A stretch of DNA of 64,000 nt, taken from NCBI GenBank assembly GCA_039545335.1, contig BCIN01000001.1:2979136-3043135 (forward strand), in the 5' to 3' direction. The translations under genes were made by a program, and so were the position numbers. Position 1 is the first letter of the stretch. Each line of letters begins with the position of its first letter. Below, piece after piece: positions 38,748-50,776 of the stretch. The notes below the pieces were generated by a model. It had not been told where the DNA came from and ran no database searches. It saw nothing but the letters and a program-made list of their open reading frames with translations. The stretch comes from Kondoa subrosea. Its lineage: Eukaryota.

Positions 38748-41700
38748 ATGGACTCTGGATACTTGGAGGAGAGACCTAGTAAACGACCGCGACTGGATGC
38801 TCAAGAGCCTTACGGAGCAGATCTGTTGCAGAACATAGACTGGTCAGACTTGGATTATGATTTGGAAGAAGTGCCTGCTATCGTTGGTCGAGATTCAAGC
38901 GATGACGAAGAAGGAGAACCTGCTGTGATCTTTGATGAGGAACAGCCAAATGGAACTTTCGCTGGTGATGCTGAGGTACCTGCGGAAGAAGAAGAATATG
39001 GAGTTTTACCTGCTACAAACGAAACGAATGCTATGCTTTCTGGAATCGCTGCTGGCATTCAAGATGAAGAAGATCAAATGTATTGGGGAGAAGAGACTGC
39101 TTTGGAGGAAGAAGGTCTACTGGCAGCTACTCAAGAGATTGCTTCTGGCGCTCAACAGCAAGCTCAGGACCAACTGCCTGACTCTCAAGGTGCAATACAA
39201 GACGAAGACATGCAGTTCCAGCAACCTTCCGCGAGCAGTCAACAGCAAGATCAGCTACCAAGTCGCCCGCCTTCTCAAGCCGCTTCTCAAACAGGTCTAA
39301 TACATCATGAGCGGCCTCTTGAATATGTAGCTTCACCAGTGAATTTCGCTAATCTGGGTTTTACAACTGGAGCTGGACAAGCTGTTCGACCTCCTTCTTC
39401 AGCTGCTTTGGCTCGAGCGCAGCAGATGATCATGTCCTCTCCGCAACAACCTAGCCAGCCTGCTTCCCAGCTGAAAACTTTTGCCAATCTCGGCTTCACA
39501 ACAGCAGCAGGCAAAGCAGTTTCCGAACCCTCGGAGCGATCTGTTAGGAAAGCAGAACAACTTTTTGCTTCTTCTTCATCCCAGGCCGACGAGCAACTTG
39601 TCTTTCAGCATTCTCCACCTCAGTACAACAATACATCAATGGCAGCCCTGGGTTTTCAAACAGCTAATGGTAAAGCAGTCGCTGAACCATCCGAGCAATC
39701 TTTGCTGAAAGCTCAGCAATTGTTTGCACCTACTTCTTCTCCTGTTTTACAAGAGGAAGATCATTCTTTTCAACATTCTTCACCGAAATACGATTTTTCT
39801 ACCATGTTCAAAACTGGCAGAGGCAATGCAGTACAAGCTCCCAGTTCTGCAGCGAGAAAGAAAGCCGAACAAATGCTTGCTTCTCCTTCCAATTCACCTC
39901 TGCAGGCAGCTGACCAAAGTCTTCAAGGAGATGAATCCATTAACGAGATTGACTCGCCTATAACAAATCGTATTGCTCGTCCTTCGCAACTTCCTCCTTT
40001 ACCTCCTAGTCAATTATCTGAATCTCAATCGAGTCAAAGATCTCGACATCCTCTAGCTCAAGTACAGAATGCAGCGTCATCCGAATCGCCAGAAGCTGTT
40101 CAACAACATGTCACTCCAGCTCGACCGCAAAGACATCTATTACCTCAACAACAACGACAACAAGAGCAACAGAGAGTCACTCCATCTCCTTTCCGACCTC
40201 CTTCTCGTACAACCAATATCTTTTCAGTACCTCAACAACCCAATCCCCAACAACAACAAAGACTACAACCTTTAGCTCTAAAAGGTGTTACTAAATCTCG
40301 TATCAACATTTCTATCCTCCCACCACCTTCTAAATCACTCACGCAAAAGAAATTTGTCCCGCCTTTCAAAGGTGGTGTGAAACCTAGTCAAGAACAACTG
40401 GATGCGATCAAGCAAAAGACGAGAGAAAGGGAAAGATTAGCTAGAGAAACGGAAGAAAATGCTTTAAGTCAACGAATGCAAAGTAGTCAGAGCGGTGGTA
40501 GCAGCAGTCAGGTCATTTTAGGAAAAGGGAAAGGAAAGGCCGCTGGAAGAGTATTTGATTTGACTAGTACGGTTCTTCATCGCAAAGAAGAAGTTTAACG
40601 ACTAACAAACCTTAAATAGAGAAGGAACGGATCTCTTATGCGGATTATGGAATCGAACCTGGTTTGCTATCGCCTTACTCTTTGCTCGCAGTCGGCTTGT
40701 ACATCCTTTTCCTCCGTCGATCTCATTCCGTACTGATTGTACTTTGAACAGACCGGAAGAGGTTGTCTATATCGATTCTATCAATGCGGGAAACATTACA
40801 TTCGTCACTTCCACAGGCAATTCGGGCTGGGAGGAAGCTCTTCATGATTTACATGCTCGAGGAGCGACTTTGGTCGATGGCGGTTGGGTTCAGAATCATT
40901 GGAGCTTGGTCGTCTGGAAAGTCGGTTGTTTAATCAAGGCCAAACCGGATGAACTTCAGAATTGGTGGAAATATGAGGAAATACTTCGTCAACTGTTGTA
41001 CAGGTATACTCCCGCTACTTATTTGCCGTTCTCTTGTCTAAAGTTCTTGCGATAGATACGAGTGGGAAGTAAACCAAGCGAATCGATCAGCTATCAAACG
41101 CATCCAAGAAAGAGACTCTCCCGCTGGTAGTCCTCTTGTCCTTGTCGTCTCTCAGATCTTCTGGAAAGAACCTGAACAGATTCCTCCGAGTCAACTGCCT
41201 CTCGGTTTGGATGGTCGACCAATCATACCAGATGGCCCTAGTGTCGTCGGCTTCGAGATGACGGATGGTTGGTACCGAATTGGTGTCAAAGCAGATATAG
41301 TACTCGAACACGCTGCTAAACGAGGTAAACTGTTTGTGGGATCCAAAATCGCAATTACAGGCGCTAAGGTCATCGTCTCGCAGCCCTGATACTACTAGTA
41401 CTGATTAGATTGATAGATCGATGCTTCTAAAGAAGCATCAGATGTCCTCGAAGCTGCAAACTCATCAGTCCTCACTATCTTCAGCAATTCCTGCTCCCTC
41501 ACAGATTGGGATGCAAAACTCGGTTTCCAAAAGCATATATACGTCGCATCGTTGCGCAGTCTATCTCCTGACGGAGGCGTTGCGACTCTGCTGGATCTCA
41601 CTATCGTGCGAATTTATCCTTTGGGCTACAGCGAGGCAGGCAAAGACCCACGAGAAGTACCGCCTTGGGACGAGAAAGAGGAAGTTCAGCGTCAAGTGGA

Positions 41701-42432
41701 ATACGAGAAAGCCCGAACTCGAGCCTACGAAACTGCTCTGGCGGATTGTCAAAATGCTGTTTCTCGCTTGGCCGAATTGGCTGAACGACTTGCTGAGACG
41801 GCTGGAATCGCTGATGTCAGTAAAGTAGCACCCATGGAGGATGACGACAGTAGTACGCCTCACTTTTGTACTGTGCTTCTCGGGCTGAGTCATATCGAGC
41901 AGTTGATGGAGGGGATCTAGTAGAACAACTTCAGGCGACAGGACAGCGCAAGATTGCTATGGTATCTCTGTCGCGTCCACAACTCATCTCGGCTTCGCAA
42001 TCTGCTCTACATCAAAGTAAAGCTTTGCAAGAAACAATGCGAGAGGACATTAGCCGAGAAGTTGAGGTATGCTGGTTCCCCTTCCAACGATTCCACTCCT
42101 CATAGCTGCTAGGACCAATGCCCACATCGGAATATAAGATCCTTCAGGGTAATTCGTGCCAGAGACTCGAAAGCTTGCGATTACGGAATGGAGGCGCAAA
42201 TTACCGTGTACGATGTGCTATCCATGGATGAAGCTTCTCTTGTCGAAGGTGGTCGATACTGGGTATGCTTTAGCCTTACTTCTCTTGCGAGTTCTCACAC
42301 TCATAACAGGTAACGAATGCCCGACCGACCCGAAGTAGCGGTTGGTCTCGTCACAATGCAAAAGAAGGAGAGATCTTTCTGTCCACAAATCGAGCATCCA
42401 AATGGCTCTTTCGCCCAGAGAAGTCCTCGTGA
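38748..42432 (+). CDS. BRH2: BRCA2 homologue (Brh2), homologous recombination mediator
   Basis: BRC repeats, KKFVPPFK motif, helical domain WVQNHWSLVVWK...QLLYRYEWEVN..RSAIKRIQERD, OB1 EMTDGWYRI/GKLFVGSKI/SNSCSLTDWDAKLGF, OB2/tower SLSPDGGV..LTIVRIYPLGY. Ends LSTNRASKWLFRPEKSS*. Confidence 0.93.
39345..39878 (+). repeat. Four BRC (Rad51-binding) repeats in Brh2
   Basis: FANLGFTTGAGQAVRPPSSAALARAQQMI (39345), FANLGFTTAAGKAVSEPSERSVRKAEQLF (39480), MAALGFQTANGKAVAEPSEQSLLKAQQLF (39639), FSTMFKTGRGNAVQAPSSAARKKAEQML (39795). Confidence 0.9.
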
Positions 42433-42480
42433 GTATCAGGCGCCGACGCGATTGTGTCTAAATGCATGTCAAACTGTCTA

Positions 42481-45400
42481 TTATGCGCCATCTTGTGTAA
42501 TAAGATCCACCATGATGCTAATAACAGGACTTGTTTGTCCATCTGTCTCTCGCACGTCAGTCAAGCTCCCAATTCACGTCACAGATCACTCACTTGCGGC
42601 TGAAGAAGGATGTTCAAACATCTGTTCAAGCTCTGCAGATAAGAGCCTTCGAAGCTGTTGCGACAGATAACCAATTCTCGACCAACATCGCATCCGCATG
42701 TTGTTCTCGAGTACGACACCGTATGCTTCTGTGGTCATTTTGTTTGTGCCAAGCAACAGAATTGGCCAATGCCCTACTTCAGCACAATCTCGCAAAAAAG
42801 GCTTTGTCGTAAGCTGTTTGTTGAACCAGGTGAGGAAGCCAGATCGAATTTTTGTCGCCGAGAATAGAATCTATCGCACTGTCAATACCGCTCTTTCACC
42901 GATGGTTGATGTAGCTTACTGAAGAAGGATGTATGAACACTCGCCCAGTATCATCAAAATACCGAAGCTCCCTAGATGTGATGTCTGTCTGCACAGCCCC
43001 CGATGATCGCTCCTCGAAACGAGCTTCAGGCAGCTTCGCTTTGGCTATGTTATTTGTCCCGCCGAAGAAGATCGCTTTAAGCAGAGACTCATTGTGCGAT
43101 TGCGTGTTCAGATGCATAGCTTTAGGAGTGGTATTGAAAGGGAGAAGATCACAGCTCTGTAACGCTGTGAAATATTCGAAAGCGAGTTTCTTGATCTCAA
43201 TTACTGAGGAATAATTAAGGTTGTTCTGCCATTGAGCGGGTATCAATATTGGCTTGACGTAACTCGCTGTAGCTCACTGTTTCGCAAAAGACCCTTAGTC
43301 CACCTTTGGATGATTCGCCTGCATCAATGGCTGCGCGAAGAGCTTTGAAATCGGTGAGCAGATCCGAGTTCTCTGTTTCAAAGCTTGCACGAGCAGCCCT
43401 CGTCTCTTCTCTTTTGTCCATTGTAGTGATGAATAGCGGTTTCGACGACAAGATCGCTGCGATGTATAAGACTGGCTCGAGCGTTCGAAAGCAGACTCCC
43501 AGAACAAGCATCTTTGCTATTCGTAAATCGAGAGGAATGTTGCTGAGTATCTTGCCCAATGGTGTGACAGCTTGCTGTTGATCTCTTTCGATCGCGCCTA
43601 GACACGCCAAAGCATTCAAAGCACCATCGATTGCCTGCATTTCTGGCGGAGCGATTAGAAGCTGTAAATAGCTGCAGACATCTGTGTCCACATCTTTCGA
43701 TGCCTTGACCGAAAGGACTACGCTTTCCAGAGGTGTGCGTTGTATTTCAGGCACTGTATGAGAGGAAAGTTCTCGCGCTTCTGTCCATTTGCTGTAGAGT
43801 TTGTAGCATCTGTCAAACTCAATAAGCCTAGGTCCAATTCGTGGGACAACACTTACTCTCCCTCTCGTACACGTCCTGCGCGACCTCTTCTCTGTTTCCC
43901 GCTAGCTCGAGACGTCCAAACTTCTTCGAGTCTGCTGAGGTTGGTCTCTGGATCGTATCGAGTTTCTTTGACCTTTCCGGTATCGATGACCACGACCACG
44001 TCCTATACATCACAAGACTTGTTAAAATGCCTGATAATTAGGCAAGGTATGCACCTCGATCGTTAAACTTGTCTCAGCAACAGGCGTTGATACAATGATC
44101 TTCCTTCCAAAGCGAGCTGGAGCAAAAGCTTTCATTTGTTCGGCAGAAGGCAGACTTGCATGTAATGGTATAATGTCTAGATGTGCTGAAACCATAGAAC
44201 GGATAGCTATGCTGGCTTGACTGATTTCTCCGACCTGCAAGCTCAAGTTAATAGGTACAGATAATGCTAGACGACGTATATAGACTCACACCAGAGACGA
44301 AAACCAGTATAGCGCCATCGGCTTCACCCAGTCTATCGAGAACGAGAGATACCGTTTTCGCTAGCAAGTCAAAGTCGACCAGAGCAGTTCGAGCAAGCAT
44401 GCCCAAGGTTGATAAATGGTTTCCATCATGTATCCCTTGTTGAATAAAGTACTGCTTAATCTCTTCTTGTTCGTCTTTGCTAAAGTTTCTTGACGCTTTG
44501 AGGGACTTCGGCTGATAATTTGTGGCAAGTATGATGTCTTCAAGATAGAAATCGCGTACTGGAAAGGTGCGCCCTGGAATAGTCAGAACAGGAGGTGACG
44601 AGAAGTAATTTGCAAAGGTTGATTGCTCTATAGTCGCCGACATAAGAACAACTTTGATAGTCTTGTTGCGAGCAAGTAGAGTCTTGAGTTCGAGCAGGAG
44701 AAAGTCACTCTACCGAAAGATCAGTCTTAGCTACTCTCACGCTCTGGAGAATACGCACATCAACGCTTCTTTCGTGAACCTTGTTCGACCAGTCAATTGA
44801 AATAGACCGCACGATAAAGTAAAAGCGTACCTCGTCGACAAATACATGTGATATTCCCGATAGCTCTGGATCTGATATCATCCTTCGTAACAGCACACCA
44901 GTTGTCATGAAGCGTAACCGGCAAGCTGGACCACCTTTGGATTCACCGCGAATGCTATAACCGACCAGGTTCGTTGCTGAATTGCTGAGATCTTCCGTCC
45001 TTTCAGCGGCCACACCTGCGACAACGATGCTAAGAACATAAACGGAGAACGCAACATACGGCAACGGACGTGTAGCAACACCGATAGCAGCAACTCGACG
45101 AGGCTAATATTGCAAATGACCGAGAATAAGTACAACATCAGATTCTCCAAACGAGAATCAAGCACCTGAGTAACAATGATTGAGCATTCTGCACCCTCTC
45201 CTTTCTCAATAGCCGCATCCAGTAGGAATTGCGCGACTTGAGTTGTTTTGCCTGAACCAGTTTCACCACAAACAAGAGTAACACGTGAGCTTTCGATCGT
45301 CTGGACTATATCATGTCGCAAAGACCAAGCAGGTAGACTTTGCCTTCGAGCTAGCATTTTTTGATAAGCAGGATTATTCTGAAGCTTTTGATGCGCATTG

Positions 45401-47199
45401 AGCATGGATTGCGAGTTGCCTGTTGGCTGACGATTCTGATGCTTCGATCGTTTGCTCTTGTTCTCTTGGTGCCCATTTGTAGGCTGCAATTGTAGCTTGG
45501 GAATGGCTATAAGATGTTTGAAAACGGATGCTGGATCTGGAGGATCTCGAATGACGTCTTCAGCGCACGAGGATAGGACTTCGACCAGCTCGGAAACAAC
45601 TCCTCCGAGTCCCGAATTGCACAGATCAGCCAAATCAGATTCCCTCAATCGACTCTCGAGAAGTGCGCAAAAGTGTAAGCGAATATAAGCAGGAAGAGTC
45701 GAACTTTGACATGCAAAGATAGGTATATTGTGCAGAGGCGTTGTTGAAGGATAAGGAGACGATGGACTGAACCAAACATGAAGTGACAAATCGTCAGGTT
45801 GTCTTTTTGATGAGGATGCTTGCTCGAGAGGGACATTGACTTGAATCTCTCCTTCGCCTAGATCATGAAATCGATCGGCGTAAATGCTCTCCAACGCAGC
45901 CATTTCTTCGTCACACAGAGATCGATCTATACTTGCGTTGGATGGCAGATCGCTTGGCTTGCCTACTAAACGCTGAAGTAAGAGATACAAACACAAAGAT
46001 TCATCTTCATTGGCGAGATTAAGGCACTCGTTGACCAGCGCCAAGGGATAACCGTAATCTTTGTGTATTCGCTCAATAACCCACGTTCGAGCTAACGAAG
46101 CAGAATCGGATTGGGATGCAATTCTAGCATTGGCTAGAGTCGAATAACTCTGGCGATAAGCAGCTGGCAAATCATCTTCAGAAAGAAGCAATTGCAAATA
46201 TTCGACGGCGCCCAGATGCAAGGGCAGTTGACTCAGATGCTTCGAGACTGGATCTGATTTCGTTCGAGCTTGCTTGAGGTAAGCTACAGCTCTTTCAGCG
46301 TGACCTTGTCTGAAACCGAGCTGTAATAAATTCCGGATGGTAGTTCGAGCAGAATCATCATCTATAGGGTCGGCTTGCATCTTTTCCCCTGTATCTTCTG
46401 TTAAGATATGCATATGAGACTGAATCAGGTCTTGAACTTTCTGTCGCTGATGAGGGGCCATTCGTACTTCAGCAGCTTCTTGCCAGAACTTTGGTAATTT
46501 GGGCGTCGGAGGTCTAGATGACCTTTCGCCTTCAGGAGTCGCAGTTTGAGGAGTTCTAGATGTCGGAGTGAGAGAAGCAGCAGCTGAGAAGGGATCTGCA
46601 TCGAAAAGCCATGCTTTGTTTTTTGGGCTGCTAGCTTTCCACTGCTCTAGCTGAGACCAGTAATCGCGAATAATCGGCGGTAATGTCATCTTGAGTGAAA
46701 GACCATTGGCGAAACGGAAGAGAGCAAGAGTAGCACCAAAATGCTTTGCTTCTTGCATTGTAAGACATTCGATTTTTATTTCTTCATTGTCTTTTGGCGG
46801 CTTGATCAAAACAGATTGATGCTGACCGTGTGGGTCTTTTGAATTAGGTGCACGCAAAATGACATGGCAGGAATATTTGTCGCTCTGAGTATAGATTCAG
46901 ACCCTAAGCAGCCCATCGAAAAATCGACGAACATTCGGTATACGCTTCGTATCCACAATCGGCCTATCCCAACCTCTCTTTTGACAGTGTTCGTTTAGCA
47001 GATTAAGCGGTACTTTGCCAGTCCAAGAGCCAAATAATCCCTCCTGCTTGGGTGTCACGACAGATGAAGCACTGTTTCCTGCATTGCCTGATTTGACTAT
47101 AGGCTTCTTTCTGGCTGGGCGAGCTTCTGCGCCTTGAACAGGCTTCGCTTCATTTTGCGATGCAGCAGGTTTCGACGACGAGGTTTGTTTTTTGCCCAT
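42481..47199 (-). CDS. DEAH/RHA-family RNA helicase, DHX57/Ucp12/YLR419W-like, with dsRBD-like, UBA-like and RWD domains
   Basis: Motifs [62 protein letters not shown] and [12 protein letters not shown]-like [11 protein letters not shown]...YPS. Confidence 0.93.
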
Positions 47200-47495
47200 G
47201 CAGGCTTCGCTAAAGGGTAACAAGGATCAGGTATAGTCCAATACTGTCTCCAGTAGAGCAGGGTATAGTATTCGCCGTCTGGGGACAACCGGGCATATTA
47301 TCTTGTATCAGCTCTTGCTCCGCTCTGCCACGATTAGATCTCCTTACAGTCAGCTCTTCCCCGATCAGTCTTCTCTTGCTGACTGTGAGTATGTGCGACT
47401 GAGGTTGTTCCATCTGATTCTTTCGTTTCATTGCCTCTGACTGTGTCCTGCTCTATCTTCTCTACTCGCTTCTTGTTCCTGTACGGCTGGTCATC

Positions 47496-48276
47496 ATGCA
47501 AATCGTTCTGACCGGATCTACTGGAATGATCGGAGCCAGTGTGCTTGCGCACTGCCTTCGCAACAGCTCAATCAGCAAGATCCATATCCTGTCTCGAAAA
47601 CCAGTTGAGATGGCAGCAGGCAAAGATCGAATCAATATGATCCTGCATAAAGACTTCTTGCACTATCCGGAAGAAGTTTTGGAACAGTTAAAGGGTGCTT
47701 CAGGGATTGTGTGGTCACTTGGTGTTTCACAGAATGATGTATCAGAACCGTGAGTTTCTGATGGAGGTAGCCAGAGGCCTTCATTGACACATATTGAGCA
47801 GATTGTACCGAAAAATCACGCATGACTATCCTCTCGCTTTCGTCAAAGCTCTGTCCCTCTCTGCCCAAAACCCATTCACCTTTGTCTACGTTTCTGGAGA
47901 AGGCGCAACTTTTACTCCAGGTCGATTTACATCTTTATATGGACGAGTGAAAGGCGAAACCGAAGCTGCTTTGCTGGAATTATCAAAAAAGAATTCCAAG
48001 ATGAGGGTTTATTCCGCTCGACCTGGAATTGTAGACACAACTCAACATACTGAAATCCATCCTTTCTTGCGTCCGCTTCCTCTTTGGCGTAGAGCTGGCA
48101 ATCTTACAATTCTTCCTGTTGTGCGGAGGACCTGGTCTGGAATGCATTCACCGAGCACAGAGCTAGGTCAAACGTTGACGGCGTTGGCTTTGAGTACTGG
48201 AGAACCTTTGGAAGGCAGTGGGATTTCAGGCGAAGGGAGAACATTAAACAATGCGCGATTGATGCAGTTCCGCTAA
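47496..48276 (+). CDS. NAD(P)-binding Rossmann-fold protein (atypical SDR; Fmp52/NDP-sugar-epimerase-like)
   Basis: MQIVLTGSTGMIG (GxxGxxG), HKDFLHYP, WSLGVSQ, ITHDYPL, FVYVSGEGA and YGRVKGETE. One intron at about 47749-47801. Confidence 0.88.
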
Positions 48277-48417
48277 ATTTGTCGGCGGTGACGGCAAGGT
48301 AATTATTGCGAACAATACAGTTGCACGGCTATAGCATGCCATCGTACTCTGCAGAAGTTATACGTAATTGCACCGAACATGACATATGATCTTGCTCCGC
48401 CCTTCTAAGCCTATAAG

Positions 48418-50601
48418 TTAGCTTTGCAACCGCTTGTTTGCCTCAATATCGTATGGTGTATCATCGATGCCATCTAGATTGAACGTAAGCACGCGAAATG
48501 AACAAATTGGTGCATGACTTACAAGGACCAGTTTGCGAACGAGACCAGCACACCATTTCGCTCAACTTCTGTTCCGCTTCTGCTTCCGTCTTTGCAGTGA
48601 CAGGTAGGACCTAAGGAACAATCAGTGAATGCACAACCTGCTGCGAGTTTACTTACAACGCCTAACTCAGTATTGCTCAGCCGAAGGCCTTTCGAACTCG
48701 CTCGACCCCAAGCTCCTTCAGTAAAATTATGAGAGCCGATATCTGATATGCTTTACTCAGCTACAACTGATAGAGAAGTGACTTGACTTACATAGAAACC
48801 CTCGAGTCTTCTCCTCCGGTTCTTCTTTCACTTCTTTATCGGCTTTGACAATGCCAGCAATCATCTTAGTATGCATCAGCAATCCTTTACGTTTCGAGAC
48901 GGGATCCAAAATGATTCGATCCAATTTGGAGTGTTGCCAGTCTAGACAAGATCTGTTTAGCTACACAAATACTTGAGATGTTCATTCATATCTGATTACT
49001 CACATTTCTTCTGACAGAACCAACTGATAGCCCAGTCCCGTCCTTCTTTGCTCTCATTGACAGTCTTCTCGCTCGGAAACAACACCTTCAAAGGAGGTAA
49101 TCGGGAATCCAGAATCGCTTTCTGACTAGGTAAAGCATGATAGAAAGCATTCAGCCAATCGGATTTGTAGAAACTGGTTGAAGAGCCTTGACATTGCAGG
49201 TGCAAAGCTTCCGTTTTGCTGGGTCTACAGCCTAACTCTTTGACCTGATAGCGAAAGATAAGCTGGTACTCTATGAGACTTTAGAAGAGATGCACTATTC
49301 TACCGAGAGCTGGAAAACCATACTCTTTGGCTCTGTAAGATGGTGAAGTAGTATCCCATTGACCGGCCAGCGAAATACAAAGGCGAACATTCTTGCATTT
49401 CGACCAATCACATTGACTTAATTGAGCTCTCCAGAACTTGAGTGGTACAGCAAGAGAAGTAAGAAAGCCGAAGAAGGATTTAGCGAATGGCGAATCTGGT
49501 ATACTGTCTGTTGGTTTTGGTAGCAAAGGAAGATCGATCAGCCAAAGTGAATTTTCGATGATTGACCAGTCGTCTGTGTACATCATGAATCCAAGCTGGG
49601 GTATTAATAGCATTGCTTACAGCCCATAAGATTTGCAGTCTTTTGTAAACAGATGAGCCCACGATTACTGCGATTCAGAAGCACTTACTGGAATGACCAA
49701 TCGAACGTGCGTACTATGAAAGAAGAGCAAAAACCTACAGCTGGAATCAGTACAGACTCTGCTTTCAAGTCTAGAGCATTCACTTGACATGCATCTTGGA
49801 AAAGTTGTTCACTTTACTTGCAACAGGAACAAAGCGTGCCATATTGGGAGCTTCAGGCGATACAAAGAGACCAGGTTCTTTCCCGTCGTGAATGATGCAC
49901 ACTCTGGTGTCGGACTATAGGGTACGCTCAGCGAGAGAAGACGACCTTTACCAATTGGCTCACATTAAATTGCTCAACGATCCAAGGGAACTCGATGCAA
50001 TATGCGCAAAGAAGAGCAGTTTTAAGTGTCTAAGCTTCTGGTTAGTTGAATTCATGCGAGTACGAAGACTGGTCACCTTCTTGTCTCCAATTACTTGACC
50101 GAAAGACATGGAATCGCGATCCGTAGGGAAGCTTCGATTCCAAGTAACAGTAAGATGACCATCAGGGTACTGAACACCGCTCTTCGAAACAGCTCCTGGA
50201 GGTGTACTTGAAGAAGACGAGGAAGAGGGTTCTTGTAAGGAAGACATAGTAGCAACACGAGGTCCAGCAGATTTCTGTACAGTGACTTTTGATGTAGATC
50301 CTACACTATTCGCTTCGCGTTGTGCTTGTCGAGCCAATCGTTCGCGTTCAAGTTCGGCTCGACTTGGTACTGCAGCTTTGGAACCCGAAGCAATAGCTGG
50401 CAAAGCAGAGATTTTGGCTTCAGGCGGCACAGCAACAGTCTTTTGCTTTTTCGCTGGTGCAGGCTTGTCATCTTCACTGTAATCTGTTTGACTTCCATCT
50501 GAGATGATCAACACTTCGCGTTTTCCATTGTTTGGCTTGACCTGTTCGCTCTCCAGCATTGAAAGCTTCAAGGCTCGCTTCAGATCCTCGTCTTCGCTCA
50601 T
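48418..50601 (-). CDS. TDP1: Tyrosyl-DNA phosphodiesterase 1 (phospholipase D superfamily) with N-terminal UIM
   Basis: UIM-like EDEDLKRALKLSM. First catalytic motif MHVKFLLFFH..VRLVIPTANL..YDW..IENSLWLIDLP. Also CQGSS and VLFPSEKTV. Second motif LMHTKMI...IGSHNFTEGAWG, then SNTELGV. Confidence 0.9.
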
Positions 50602-50776
50602 TGCAGGGCCAGATTGAGTGAGTGTCACGGTAGCTGTCCAATCGCACTCAAAACAATTTGTCATATTTCTTGCTTCCAACTACCAACTGTCTCGCTCCCG
50701 CTGGCCATCTTGCGAGTTGGATAATCTCACGGCGCTTTCAAGACGCTGAAGAGCGACTCACTAGTCCTTTTGGGTC

